Source: a phage. Taken from it: 64,000 nucleotides of DNA. A program made the translations under genes and the position numbers. A model generated the notes under the pieces. That model searched no databases and had not been told where the DNA came from. It was given only the letters and a program-made list of their open reading frames with translations. Shown in pieces: positions 46,878 through 56,365 of the stretch; positions within the stretch are counted from its first letter, which is position 1, and every line of letters starts with the position of its first letter. Where the stretch lies: the sequence record NC_102531.1; one strand, given 5' to 3'.

Positions 46878-47347
46878 ACATTGTCGGATACACAGAAATA
46901 TCTTACACCGAAGGGCCAGGTATTAGAACTGCCTTGTGGGTATCTGGGTGCCCACACGCTTGCCATGGTTGCTTTAATCAGGCATTTTGGTCAAAAGATA
47001 AGGGGAGAGAGTTCACTGAAGAAGACTTGCAAAAAATCTTGTCAGATCTAGATAACCCGTCTGTGTGCGGTATCTCTCTGCTGGGTGGAGAACCCTTAGC
47101 ATACTATAATGAGCCAGGTATTATTAGCCTGATGGAGAAAATTAAGGAAAAATTTGGTGACAAGAAAACCATTCTTGTATATACTGGGTTCACATTTGAC
47201 CATATCTCTAGTGATGTTCTTAAACTGGCTGATATCATCATTGACGGTAAGTATGTAAAAGATTTACCAACCAAGAAACCGTTCCGAGGCAGCGATAACC
47301 AAAGAATGTTTAAAAAAGTAGCAGGCGGTTGGGTTCAGGTAGACTAG
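46874..47347 (+). CDS. nrdG: anaerobic RNR activating enzyme (radical SAM)
   Basis: GCPHACHGC gives the CxxxCxxC radical-SAM cluster motif; directly downstream of nrdD. Confidence 0.8.
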   Translation: MNIVGYTEISYTEGPGIRTALWVSGCPHACHGCFNQAFWSKDKGREFTEEDLQKILSDLDNPSVCGISLLGGEPLAYYNEPGIISLMEKIKEKFGDKKTILVYTGFTFDHISSDVLKLADIIIDGKYVKDLPTKKPFRGSDNQRMFKKVAGGWVQVD

Positions 47348-47350
47348 TTG

Positions 47351-47380
47351 TTGACAAAGCTTGGTGTAGATAGGTATAAT
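47351..47380 (+). promoter_or_regulatory. consensus sigma70-like promoter
   Basis: TTGACA - 18 nt - TATAAT followed by GGAGGTG RBS. Confidence 0.65.
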
Positions 47381-47411
47381 TATCGTAAAATGAAAGCAGA
47401 GGAGGTGCCAA

Positions 47412-47525
47412 ATGGCTAAAAAAGCCTTGAATAAGGCGTACAAGAAAGAGATTGCGCTTGAGCTTAAGAAAAAACACAAGCGTGAAAAGAAACATCATGA
47501 AGATGAAGAGGGGGTGCAACAGTGA
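47412..47525 (+). CDS. small lysine-rich basic protein (37 aa)
   Basis: MAKKALNKAYKKEIALELKKKHKREKKHHEDEEGVQQ; strong promoter and RBS. Confidence 0.45.
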   Translation: MAKKALNKAYKKEIALELKKKHKREKKHHEDEEGVQQ

Positions 47526-47872
47526 CACAAGAACGTATCGATTTGGCTAATAAGTTTGTAGATCTCATTTTGCCACGGTTAGTTACTCAACATGCAGATG
47601 CTATTTCTACTAATCTTGATGGCTTACGCCTAATGCTGAATCGCACAGATGACCCTCGTATTCGGGCTGATTTAGAAGCCTCTGCCAACAAACTGGAAAA
47701 GTTCTTGCAAGTAGACACGCAAGAAGCCTTGCACAAGATTATGGTGGAAGGTTTCTCTAAAGAATTTACCATTAAAGAGCTTAAGGAGCTGATCCACCAA
47801 GAAGAGATGAATATCCGAGTTCAGGCTGTTGCAAGCAGCATGGAAGCGGCTATTGAAAAACTGTTGCAGTAA
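47522..47872 (+). CDS. hypothetical protein
   Basis: 116-aa ORF coupled to the upstream small gene. Confidence 0.45.
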   Translation: MTQERIDLANKFVDLILPRLVTQHADAISTNLDGLRLMLNRTDDPRIRADLEASANKLEKFLQVDTQEALHKIMVEGFSKEFTIKELKELIHQEEMNIRVQAVASSMEAAIEKLLQ

Positions 47873-47910
47873 AAGTACTTGGCACATCTAAATCTGAAAG
47901 GAGTCCCAAC

Positions 47911-48699
47911 ATGGGTCGAGCTAAAGAAACAAAACGCATGCGTGATGAAGCTAGAGAGGCTCGAAAATCTGATCGCCTGCGTAAGGCTGCTGAGAAATTT
48001 GCTGACGAAAGAGAGCACACCGCTCCAGCTCTCCGACCAATGAATAAGAAGCAGCAAAAGTATCTTGATTATCTAGGGTCACGTAAGATTATTATTGTAA
48101 ACGGTGTGTTTGGATCCGGTAAGACATTCATGGCATCTGCATATGCAGGTGATCTTCTGCGTAAGAACGAGATTGATAAGATCATTGTTGCACGTCCTTA
48201 CGTCCAGACAGGAAAGACTTCAGGATTTAAACCCGGAAATGCAATGCAGAAACTGTGGCCCTATCTTCGAAGCATGATGGACACGATTTGTCGTCGTGTT
48301 GGCAAAGGTGCTTTTGCCGCAATGCTGGGAGACGGTCAGAACAGTCGTATCGAGATTTGTGAGGTTGAAAGCATTCGTGGTCGTAGTTTCGATGAGCGAT
48401 GCTTTGTCCTGATTGACGAGGCACAGCAAACTAACCCTGAAGAAATGTTGTCAATTATCACAAGGATCTCTGATCAAGCCACCCTTGTAATTATGGGTGA
48501 TAATAGCCAACGTGACATCCCTGGTAAATCTGGCCTTGCGTGGGTGACGGATTTCTTTACTCGTCATCCAGATCCTGAGGTTGGAATGATCAGCTTTGAT
48601 AGTCCAGACGATGTCGTTCGTTCCGGGTTGGGCCGTCAGATCGCACTCAATCTTATTGAGGATCGTGCAAATCATGTTTGGACCCCTGTTTCCGAGTAA
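47911..48699 (+). CDS. phoH: PhoH-like ATPase
   Basis: Walker A GVFGSGKTF and Walker B-like FVLIDEAQ. Confidence 0.8.
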   Translation: MGRAKETKRMRDEAREARKSDRLRKAAEKFADEREHTAPALRPMNKKQQKYLDYLGSRKIIIVNGVFGSGKTFMASAYAGDLLRKNEIDKIIVARPYVQTGKTSGFKPGNAMQKLWPYLRSMMDTICRRVGKGAFAAMLGDGQNSRIEICEVESIRGRSFDERCFVLIDEAQQTNPEEMLSIITRISDQATLVIMGDNSQRDIPGKSGLAWVTDFFTRHPDPEVGMISFDSPDDVVRSGLGRQIALNLIEDRANHVWTPVSE

Positions 48700-48743
48700 T
48701 ACAGAAGGGTGGTTATTCCACCCTTAAATATCTAAAACAGTTG

Positions 48744-48772
48744 TTGACAAATAGGTAAGCTTTAGATATTAT
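48744..48772 (+). promoter_or_regulatory. sigma70-like promoter
   Basis: TTGACA - 17 nt - TATTAT. Confidence 0.6.
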
Positions 48773-48800
48773 TATCGGACAAAACAGAGAGAAGGACAGT

Positions 48801-49112
48801 ATGGCTACAATACAAGAGAAACTGAATAAAATATACTGCCTGTTTGTCTATAACGGCGAGACAATTTTGGCAAATAAAGGATCCAAGAATGTGTGGACCA
48901 AGGACAGCGGTGGTAATATAATTAACTTAGCGTTGCTACGTGAGCGCCGACACAGATTCTTTATCGAGTCTCGAATTATTGAAAGCAGCACTTGCTACAG
49001 AACAGGCGATAAAGTAATTGTTGACAATGATACGTGGTATGTGGTAGACTGGCAATCATTGAGTTGTGATGCTTCTGACAATCGTAAGTATTCCATAGTG
49101 ATTGCTAAATAA
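48801..49112 (+). CDS. hypothetical protein
   Basis: 103-aa ORF. Confidence 0.45.
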   Translation: MATIQEKLNKIYCLFVYNGETILANKGSKNVWTKDSGGNIINLALLRERRHRFFIESRIIESSTCYRTGDKVIVDNDTWYVVDWQSLSCDASDNRKYSIVIAK

Positions 49113-49172
49113 AGGTAAATGTGAATCAGGTTTAAATAAATAGCTTTCAACTTCCAATATTAAGGATTTCTC

Positions 49173-50222
49173 ATGAATTTAACACCTCGCAGCACCATGG
49201 TACACGGCATGAAAGAGAAACAGAACGGTTTCGAACCTATGAGTAATAAAATGTTTGGTATGCCGGGCGGTATCATGGAAACATACAGCTACCCAACACC
49301 TGTTGTTGACCACGTTCTTTATATCGACGATTTGGAAGACCTGCAGGATCATATGTCTCGCCTGCAGACGATCCGTATGGCTCAGCCTGAAGAAAGCATT
49401 CGAGTGATCATTAACAGCCCTGGTGGTTGCGTGCACATTGCGATGGCTTATCTGCAGGCATTCCGCGAGTCTCAGGCAAGCGTTGTTGCACATGCGGAAG
49501 GGATGTGCTGCTCTGCTGGAACAATCTTATGGCTGGGTTGCAAAGAACGTACTGTGGCTCCGGACACAGAATTTATGTTCCACTACTATCAAGGTGGCAC
49601 TTATGGTAACGGTGTGAACATGAATACTCAGGTCAGCTACTGGAAAAAGCGTTTCGAACGCCTGATCGAAAAATACTACGGTTGGGTGCTGACAGAAGAT
49701 GAGATCGCATCCATCACAGCTGGTGGTGAAGTGTGGTTGGACGGAGAGGAGCTGGCAGCTCGAACTGGAGCTATCATTCTGGATGAAGGTAACATACAAC
49801 GCATCCAGAACGGACAAAAACCGAAAAAGCTTCTGGCAAAAGGTGATGAAGAAGGTGTGCTAGGTGAAGCAGGTCTCCCGGAGATTCACCAGTGTACCTC
49901 TTTAGATGAGTTAGTTCATGCTGTTGAATCTGCAAAAGCTGGTGGTTCGAAAGGTGATGTTCACACTGTGTTCCTGAACCTGCAGATGGAAAGTGGTGAG
50001 ACCGTTAAGATTGCCTTAGGTGAGATTACCTCAGAAGATCTGCAGCGATTCTCTGTCGTTGAACTTCAAGACATTTTGTCCCAATTGAAGACAACCCTAA
50101 ACGGCGGTGAAGAGGTTAAGGTAAAAGATAAGACTCGCAAGCGTCTGGTGGACAATATTATTAAAACAGCAAAAGAGCTCAATGAAAAAATCCTGGGTGC
50201 AGGAATTGTCGAAGAAGCTTAA
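49173..50222 (+). CDS. ClpP-family (S14) serine protease with C-terminal extension
   Basis: INSPGG and catalytic-Ser-like CCSAG; about 120-aa C-terminal extension; located in the early block rather than the head module. Confidence 0.55.
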   Translation: MNLTPRSTMVHGMKEKQNGFEPMSNKMFGMPGGIMETYSYPTPVVDHVLYIDDLEDLQDHMSRLQTIRMAQPEESIRVIINSPGGCVHIAMAYLQAFRESQASVVAHAEGMCCSAGTILWLGCKERTVAPDTEFMFHYYQGGTYGNGVNMNTQVSYWKKRFERLIEKYYGWVLTEDEIASITAGGEVWLDGEELAARTGAIILDEGNIQRIQNGQKPKKLLAKGDEEGVLGEAGLPEIHQCTSLDELVHAVESAKAGGSKGDVHTVFLNLQMESGETVKIALGEITSEDLQRFSVVELQDILSQLKTTLNGGEEVKVKDKTRKRLVDNIIKTAKELNEKILGAGIVEEA

Positions 50223-50233
50223 ACATTAATTCT

Positions 50234-50258
50234 AAAGCCCTCTTCGGAGGGCTTTTAT
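50234..50258 (+). terminator. rho-independent terminator candidate
   Basis: AAGCCCTC-ttcg-GAGGGCTT followed by TTAT. Confidence 0.55.
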
Positions 50259-50273
50259 GATCTGGAGATTTGC

Positions 50274-50807
50274 ATGACTTGTGCTCGAAAACCTGATGAA
50301 CAACGTAACGCCTACGATGAGTATGTGACACCGGAGTGGTGTGCAGAAGGGCTGTATGACCTTATTCCGTTCCCAGAAGACTGGACCTACTTAGAGCCTT
50401 GCAGGAATAGTGCCTCAGGTGTGTTCTACTCCCGTATGCCGTTAGGATCTGCATGGGGAGAAATACAAGAAGGTGTTGACTATCTGAATACAGAATACAA
50501 CCATGTTGACTGTATTATCACCAACCCACCATACAGCCTGGCTCGTGAGTTTGTAGACAAGGCGTTGAAAGATGCTGACGTAGTTATTATGCTTTTGCGT
50601 CTTAATTTTCTGGAAAGCAAAGCCAGATTTGAATGGTGGCTTGATAATGCACCTACTACTGTGATCACAATATCTAAGCGTCCATCATTTCAATCAAACG
50701 GCAGAACTGACGGGCAAGCATATGCATATTTTGTGTGGGATAAGAAAAACCGTTTAGACTTGCCGCCGTTTATGTGGTTGGCACCCCCAGAGGTAGACCT
50801 GAAATGA
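50274..50807 (+). CDS. putative DNA N6-adenine (or N4-cytosine) methyltransferase
   Basis: 177 aa with ITNPPY catalytic motif. Confidence 0.55.
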   Translation: MTCARKPDEQRNAYDEYVTPEWCAEGLYDLIPFPEDWTYLEPCRNSASGVFYSRMPLGSAWGEIQEGVDYLNTEYNHVDCIITNPPYSLAREFVDKALKDADVVIMLLRLNFLESKARFEWWLDNAPTTVITISKRPSFQSNGRTDGQAYAYFVWDKKNRLDLPPFMWLAPPEVDLK

Positions 50808-51088
50808 AAATGAGTGCTAAGGACAAATTACACCAGTTAGCGCTAAAACGTCCTGTAACGCTTCCTGACGAGCTTAACTCCATTTATGATGCGATTGTAG
50901 GAGAGATACAAAATAAAGCGTTAGCAGGCTTTCTGGGGTGCGGATTTTCGATAAATCTACCCTCGCATCTCTCAGATTACTTCCCGCACATTGTTGGAGA
51001 TTTAAGGGCAGGAGGTCTGCAGGTAGATGTTGTTGGCATCTCCCCAGAGAAAAATAATACGGTTGCCTACTTGACAGTAACCTGGTAG
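50804..51088 (+). CDS. hypothetical protein
   Basis: ATGA-overlap start. Confidence 0.4.
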   Translation: MKMSAKDKLHQLALKRPVTLPDELNSIYDAIVGEIQNKALAGFLGCGFSINLPSHLSDYFPHIVGDLRAGGLQVDVVGISPEKNNTVAYLTVTW

Positions 51089-51124
51089 TTGTGTATTGTT
51101 GTTTTCAACAAGAGGGGGTCATTT

Positions 51125-51364
51125 ATGTACAAGTCATTTTCAATCTACTCAAGACAGGCGAAACACTACACAGAGATCCTGATCACTCAGAAAAAATCTG
51201 TGGAAGGTGAGTGGGAATATCACCATAAAATGTTGCGTCCAGACTGGGTTTTTGATAGACTTATTGCTATGATCCCTCTCGGAGAAGTATACCCTCTGAC
51301 AGCCCATCGCGATGTTTGGGATTTAATTGATTACATAGATTCATTTAAGGAGCCTAGATTATGA
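51125..51364 (+). CDS. hypothetical protein
   Basis: AGGGGG RBS, ATG 51125. Confidence 0.4.
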   Translation: MYKSFSIYSRQAKHYTEILITQKKSVEGEWEYHHKMLRPDWVFDRLIAMIPLGEVYPLTAHRDVWDLIDYIDSFKEPRL

Positions 51365-51762
51365 AGATTGAGATTACTAAAGAAGGTAAGAAAGTGTCCG
51401 GCAACTATGCAACAGTAATTCGGGATTTAATGTTTGAAGCCACTAAGATCGGTACATCTAAAGTTGGTCAAACTGTTAGTGTGCAAAGTAATATCGCCAC
51501 AGGAGAGAAGGTATTCATTGTGGTCAAAGGGCAGGATCCTGTGGAAGGAACAGTGGGCCGAGGAGGTTACCTGTGCATTTCTGAAGAGCCTCGTATGTTA
51601 GTGGCTGACTCCGCTACTATAGGTGGGAAACGTGTGGGCGAGGCGGATGAGGTAATGATTATCCAGCCTGTTGACCCAGATGATCCAGCAACTTGGGTGG
51701 TAGGAAATGAAATCTTCTCTTTAGAAGAGTTATCCTTCCCAGCCCCGCGCTCTGTTCAGTAA
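51361..51762 (+). CDS. small protein, MKIE/MKVK paralog family
   Basis: Starts MKIEIT; internal VVKGQD motif shared with paralogs. Confidence 0.45.
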   Translation: MKIEITKEGKKVSGNYATVIRDLMFEATKIGTSKVGQTVSVQSNIATGEKVFIVVKGQDPVEGTVGRGGYLCISEEPRMLVADSATIGGKRVGEADEVMIIQPVDPDDPATWVVGNEIFSLEELSFPAPRSVQ

Positions 51763-51801
51763 TAATTTATCTTACCAGGGACGGTAGAAGCAGGAGGTAG
51801 C

Positions 51802-52035
51802 ATGAAAGTTAAATTTCTTACAGATTTAGGGTACCCTTCCTTGGTTGACTGTGTTGGTAAAATTGTGGAAGCAAAACGGCTATCTGCAAACGAGAATGTT
51901 GTCCTGGTTAAAGGGAAGGATTTACTAGCTGCAGGTGCAGAGTCTGGCAGGATCTCTCCTGATTATATGTATTACCTATCTTTAAGTAATCTGCCAGAGC
52001 GAGGCGGTAAAGGCCTTGAAGTTGTGGAGGAGTGA
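51802..52035 (+). CDS. small protein, MKVK paralog family
   Basis: MKVKFL...VKGKDLLAAGA...LEVVEE. Confidence 0.45.
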   Translation: MKVKFLTDLGYPSLVDCVGKIVEAKRLSANENVVLVKGKDLLAAGAESGRISPDYMYYLSLSNLPERGGKGLEVVEE

Positions 52036-52040
52036 CAGGT

Positions 52041-52565
52041 ATGCTTCTGATTAACTGGGAAGACCTCTATGGGGACAAAGACCCTGTTGCGTTTGTTGAT
52101 CGTAGGTGGAGATACACTGAAGAACAACTGGCGGCAAAAAATTTAACTGCAAAACGCAGAAAGATCATCCAGTGCAAGTACAAATACGCACAGTTTGCTG
52201 CAAAAGTGTCTCCACAAATCGAGAGCTTTGTGCTTAAATTGTATGACGAGTACCTCAAATTCAAATTGGATTTTGTACAGATATACCGTGCACAGATACG
52301 CCCAGATACCAGCATTTGTAGATGGAAGGTTGTTTGTGACGGTAAAGATTTGCCACTCAGCTTGACAATTGAGCAGCGTTGGGGGTATCATGAGTGCGGT
52401 CTGTATGAGACTTGGGATGTCATTGCAGATCCTGCTAAGTACCTGAACACAGAGGAGCTGGAATATATCAATAAGGTTATTCTAGACATGTTTTTCAGCT
52501 ACACTCGTGAAAACTCTGAGAAAGAACGGGATAATTTTCTTAACACCATCAGCAACCATCCGTAG
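52041..52565 (+). CDS. hypothetical protein
   Basis: 174-aa ORF. Confidence 0.45.
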   Translation: MLLINWEDLYGDKDPVAFVDRRWRYTEEQLAAKNLTAKRRKIIQCKYKYAQFAAKVSPQIESFVLKLYDEYLKFKLDFVQIYRAQIRPDTSICRWKVVCDGKDLPLSLTIEQRWGYHECGLYETWDVIADPAKYLNTEELEYINKVILDMFFSYTRENSEKERDNFLNTISNHP

Positions 52566-52595
52566 TATACAATTTAACCTACAAAGGGAGGACCA

Positions 52596-52832
52596 ATGAG
52601 TATAAATGTTGTGCTAATAGGTTACCTGGTAATGTCCGTTATAACAGCGGTATTCTTGACAGGTGTATGCATCGTGTCCAGACGAAGGGTGAAGTTTGAT
52701 GATTTTATCACCATCATCACTGCTGCACCTTTTTGGCCTGTTGTTATCTTCATCGTGATAATGTGCCTGGTTGATTACTACAAGAATATCCGTAAGGAGA
52801 AAAAGGAGGGTAGGGATGGAGACCGCACCTAA
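52596..52832 (+). CDS. small membrane protein (two predicted TM helices)
   Basis: Two hydrophobic stretches followed by a basic tail. Confidence 0.45.
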   Translation: MSINVVLIGYLVMSVITAVFLTGVCIVSRRRVKFDDFITIITAAPFWPVVIFIVIMCLVDYYKNIRKEKKEGRDGDRT

Positions 52833-52968
52833 AACTGTTTATACTGTTCTTAAAGAGATTGCGTTCTACGCAGATCTTAGCCAGGCACCTTTATGGGAAA
52901 AGAGCATGTATTTAAAATGGTGCGTTAATTTAGGGAGGCCTTCCAGTGTTTCAAGCCATGTTTATTGA
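52816..52968 (+). CDS. hypothetical small protein
   Basis: AAGGAGGG RBS before ATG 52816. Confidence 0.3.
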   Translation: METAPKTVYTVLKEIAFYADLSQAPLWEKSMYLKWCVNLGRPSSVSSHVY

Positions 52969-53051
52969 GATGCTATCTGGGGTATTGTTACTGGTAGCCA
53001 TCTTAGGTGGTGCAGTTCTGATGTATAACTATCTTGAAAAAGGAGACAGCA

Positions 53052-53237
53052 ATGGTAAAAAATAAATCTTTAGAGCAGGCTGAAAACCTTCTCCACGAGC
53101 TGGTAAAGGAGTGGAAAGTTGAATACTCAGATTTTAATGCACGAGAGGGTGAAGATTATTGGCCTACGGAGCGCTCAGAGGGAGAATGGTATCAAGATTT
53201 TATAGAGTGGTTATATCAGACGTGCGATGAGGGGTGA
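53052..53237 (+). CDS. hypothetical small acidic protein
   Basis: AAGGAG RBS before ATG 53052. Confidence 0.4.
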   Translation: MVKNKSLEQAENLLHELVKEWKVEYSDFNAREGEDYWPTERSEGEWYQDFIEWLYQTCDEG

Positions 53238-53239
53238 CG

Positions 53240-53704
53240 ATGTTTGTTAAATATGTAAAAACGTGCCTCAACAGTCTTGGCAGAGAGCATTGGTACACCT
53301 TGCTTGAAAAAGGGGAAATTTTAACAAAATCTGGAAAGATAACTTTGATACCTCTTGATAGTAAAGGTAAAGACCCGTCACGACTTGTTATAGATGATTA
53401 CGTTACAGGTGTGACGTTCGAGGTCTCTGTGGAGAGGTTAATACGCAGAGCTGGCGGCCCTTATGACCGAAGAGAGTATGTTTTCGATTCCGTTACAGAG
53501 ATGGGGGAGCATCCGTCTTTAATGTTCAGGATGGTAATCAGGGATATGAGGTCATCTATAGATAGGATCGTAAAGGACATTAAGGAACCTTTTAGAGTAA
53601 AAGTTAAGAAGTTTTTCGATTCTAAGATTAACATACTCGCCGTTGCACTAGGTGTAGTTCAACTTCTGTTAATTTTGCACTATTTTGAACTACCATTTAA
53701 GTAG
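53240..53704 (+). CDS. hypothetical protein with C-terminal TM helix
   Basis: ORF; C-terminal ILAVALGVVQLLLILHYF. Confidence 0.45.
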   Translation: MFVKYVKTCLNSLGREHWYTLLEKGEILTKSGKITLIPLDSKGKDPSRLVIDDYVTGVTFEVSVERLIRRAGGPYDRREYVFDSVTEMGEHPSLMFRMVIRDMRSSIDRIVKDIKEPFRVKVKKFFDSKINILAVALGVVQLLLILHYFELPFK

Positions 53705-53766
53705 TAGTTGAGATATGGCACAAAGGATGTGCCATAGTGAAATAAACTAAGAAAGAGGTAGAGAGA

Positions 53767-54114
53767 ATGCCAAAGATTAAAACGTTATTACTGTGGGTAG
53801 CTGTTTTAGCTTTTATAGGGTACTGGACTTGGGAAACTGAATTAAAAGATATCGGATATACCAGTCTTGAGAGCAAGGCGTGCATTGGCATAACCGATGC
53901 GTTCAGGCAAAATGCTATGGATCACGAATGTGTTGATGCAGATATAGATGAGAAACTGTCTAAGGACAAAGATTTTTACCATGGGCATGCTTTACTTGAT
54001 AGTGGTGACACTGTAGAGTTCTGGTCGTGGTTTCGTGAAGATGGAACAATAAAAACAGCAGTAAAGATCTCTAACAAAGAGTTAATGCTGTTGCAGCAAA
54101 AGGAGGCTCAATGA
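53767..54114 (+). CDS. hypothetical protein with N-terminal TM/signal segment
   Basis: N-terminal LLLWVAVLAFIGYWTW. Confidence 0.45.
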   Translation: MPKIKTLLLWVAVLAFIGYWTWETELKDIGYTSLESKACIGITDAFRQNAMDHECVDADIDEKLSKDKDFYHGHALLDSGDTVEFWSWFREDGTIKTAVKISNKELMLLQQKEAQ

Positions 54115-54398
54115 TCTGGATATCCTATGCTGATGGCACCATGCTGTATACTGCAGGTACCAGATATGAAGTTCAGGAGAACGATAAAAAATTTATCGTA
54201 AAAACATTTGACAAGGACGACAACCTTTTGCTAGAATTGACTTACAAAGTTGGAGAGGTATCCAATATCCAGTTGGATTGTGGTCATAAAGATAATCCAC
54301 TCAAAAAACCTGGAGTAGGTAAGGCTTCAGAAGAACGTCTGTCTCGTATTGCAGAAAGCGTTTCTCCCCAAAAATCTAAGAAGAGGACTAGAAAATGA
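54111..54398 (+). CDS. hypothetical protein
   Basis: 95-aa ORF, coupled. Confidence 0.4.
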   Translation: MIWISYADGTMLYTAGTRYEVQENDKKFIVKTFDKDDNLLLELTYKVGEVSNIQLDCGHKDNPLKKPGVGKASEERLSRIAESVSPQKSKKRTRK

Positions 54399-54589
54399 AA
54401 AACTTACATTTTAACACTTATTACTACAACACATTGAATGATTTGTATTATATTGTTCGAAGTAAAAGTCCTGAAACAGTCCTATTCTGCCGCGAACCTT
54501 TCAAAGGGGAGGAAGTAGAGTCTGAGATGAATGTTAGCCAGATCACCTCTTTGTTGCTCTCAGGCGCAATGGAAGAAGCAATATTCTAA
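54395..54589 (+). CDS. hypothetical small protein
   Basis: 64-aa ORF. Confidence 0.4.
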   Translation: MKNLHFNTYYYNTLNDLYYIVRSKSPETVLFCREPFKGEEVESEMNVSQITSLLLSGAMEEAIF

Positions 54590-54607
54590 ACCAGGCGGGA
54601 GGGTTTT

Positions 54608-54793
54608 ATGAAGCACTATTGCCTGTCTGGTAGAATGGGTGCAGATTGTGATTGGGTTTTCTTAAAACTTGTCAGCATTCGAGAGTTCATCCCAGAGGAA
54701 GAGCAAGAAAGCGAGCTGATGTCATGGATCAACCATTACGGTAACACTTTTCGGCATGTTAAGGTAGAAGAGTTGCCAAGCGAGGCTGATTGA
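54608..54793 (+). CDS. hypothetical small protein
   Basis: 61-aa ORF. Confidence 0.4.
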   Translation: MKHYCLSGRMGADCDWVFLKLVSIREFIPEEEQESELMSWINHYGNTFRHVKVEELPSEAD

Positions 54794-54888
54794 CTATGAT
54801 TGCATCAATATTAACGTTTATGGGTGGCGTGGCATTCGGATTCATTGTTTGCCTGTTTATAGTGATTATGTCTATGCGAGGCTGAATT

Positions 54889-55185
54889 ATGAAACTTTTT
54901 GAGTGGTTTAAAAAGTTTAAATATAAAGCTGTAGCCATCGTGCCGTGGTCCATTCAGTGGGTTGATGAAGGTGGTCTACCGATACCTGGTGACAAAGATA
55001 CTGGGTACTGGATTATGATGGAGAACGGGTTTGGAAAGCGAAAGTATACGTGCACAAACTCTACTCGATCTGCACTTAACAGGGTGCCGGGTTACAAACT
55101 TATGGTTGTGTGGAAAATGTCAGGCGTGCCTCCAGCCAATGCTCAATTTCTTACTGACAATCCGACCACGGTAGAGGGAGATTGA
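54889..55185 (+). CDS. hypothetical protein
   Basis: 98-aa ORF. Confidence 0.4.
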   Translation: MKLFEWFKKFKYKAVAIVPWSIQWVDEGGLPIPGDKDTGYWIMMENGFGKRKYTCTNSTRSALNRVPGYKLMVVWKMSGVPPANAQFLTDNPTTVEGD

Positions 55186-55187
55186 TA

Positions 55188-55469
55188 ATGAAAAAGATTA
55201 ACAGTAGTGAAGTCGAGTTTAAACTTGTCGGAAAAGGCACTTACTGGGAAGTTCGTCAAAAGGTATATTTGTTCGGTCTTATTCCCTACTGGTCTAAATT
55301 CTACTGGGGAGCTAACGAGTTGGGAAGATACGCCACCAAATCAATGGCACTTATTGGTATAGCAGAGTACATTGCAGCCAGAGATAGGGTTGGAGACACT
55401 TATTACTACACTGCTGACGATATTCGTAACAGTGTTTACGTCCCACAACCACCTGATGGAGACCGTTGA
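55188..55469 (+). CDS. hypothetical protein
   Basis: ORF with GAGGGAG RBS. Confidence 0.4.
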   Translation: MKKINSSEVEFKLVGKGTYWEVRQKVYLFGLIPYWSKFYWGANELGRYATKSMALIGIAEYIAARDRVGDTYYYTADDIRNSVYVPQPPDGDR

Positions 55470-55693
55470 TGAAAGTTAAAGTTTTAGATTCAAGCTTCTA
55501 TATTGGTCAGGAGCCTTTAGTAGGGAAAGTGTTTACTGCTGTACCTAACGAAGATTACCCTGACCTTTTAAAAATAAAAGGGGCAGATCTTATTGCCGCT
55601 GGTGCATCTCAGGACTGCTTTGACAGTCAGTGGACCTACAACTTTGCCCTAGGTGAGGATGTGGAGATCGTGGAGGACGATCATGAAGGTTAA
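55469..55693 (+). CDS. small protein, MKVK paralog family
   Basis: MKVKVLD...IKGADLIAAGA...VEIVEDDHEG. Confidence 0.45.
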   Translation: MKVKVLDSSFYIGQEPLVGKVFTAVPNEDYPDLLKIKGADLIAAGASQDCFDSQWTYNFALGEDVEIVEDDHEG

Positions 55694-55937
55694 AATTCTT
55701 GACTCTAACGTCTACTTGGGGCAATCCTTCCTGAAAGGAAAGGTCGTCCCTGCGGTATACTTTGAAGGGTTGCCGTGGGATGATCCTGTGCGGCAACATC
55801 ACAGTTATGTAGGCCACAACGTGGTGTTTATTTTAGGATCAGACCTGATCACCGCTGGTGCACCTGAATATTATTTCGGGGAAGAGTCCTATTATGCCTT
55901 TGGGGTAGGGTCAGACGCAGATATTGTAGAGCTGTGA
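55683..55937 (+). CDS. small protein, MKVK paralog family
   Basis: MKVKILD...ILGSDLITAGA...ADIVEL; overlaps upstream paralog by 11 nt. Confidence 0.45.
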   Translation: MKVKILDSNVYLGQSFLKGKVVPAVYFEGLPWDDPVRQHHSYVGHNVVFILGSDLITAGAPEYYFGEESYYAFGVGSDADIVEL

Positions 55938-55949
55938 TGGGTAACCGTT

Positions 55950-56348
55950 GTGAAAAATAAACTGTTCAAAGTTACAATGAAAATTCGCGGAGCTTGGAGC
56001 GTAAAGCAAGGGCGTATCCCCGAATTTGAGAAAGACTTCTACGTAGTCTCCACCTCGGAGGAGGCTGCATGCTGGCAGGCTGGCTATGCCTATGCAAGAA
56101 CCTGGTACGAAGGATACCAGACTGGTGGCTATGACGGAGAAATTATCAGCAAAGGTGTAGAAGAAATTAATGTGTTGACAAGTGAAAAAGTTTTTGTTAT
56201 AGTGCATCCAGATTCCAGAGTAAAGCATTACTGGAATGCCAGAACAAAAACTTGGACACCGTTTGCAGATTCTGCTACACCACTTTTAAACCAGAAAGCT
56301 CTTGACTCTGTCCCAAGCTATGGTGTTGTTGAAGAAAAGCTAAACTGA
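55950..56348 (+). CDS. paralog family B protein (HP-x-S...YW...WTP motif)
   Basis: VIVHPDSRVKHYWNARTKTWTP matches VMRHPHSNIAYYWDVLNNEWTP in ORF 58157..58552. Confidence 0.45.
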   Translation: MKNKLFKVTMKIRGAWSVKQGRIPEFEKDFYVVSTSEEAACWQAGYAYARTWYEGYQTGGYDGEIISKGVEEINVLTSEKVFVIVHPDSRVKHYWNARTKTWTPFADSATPLLNQKALDSVPSYGVVEEKLN

Positions 56349-56365
56349 AACAGTGAGGTGCCACT

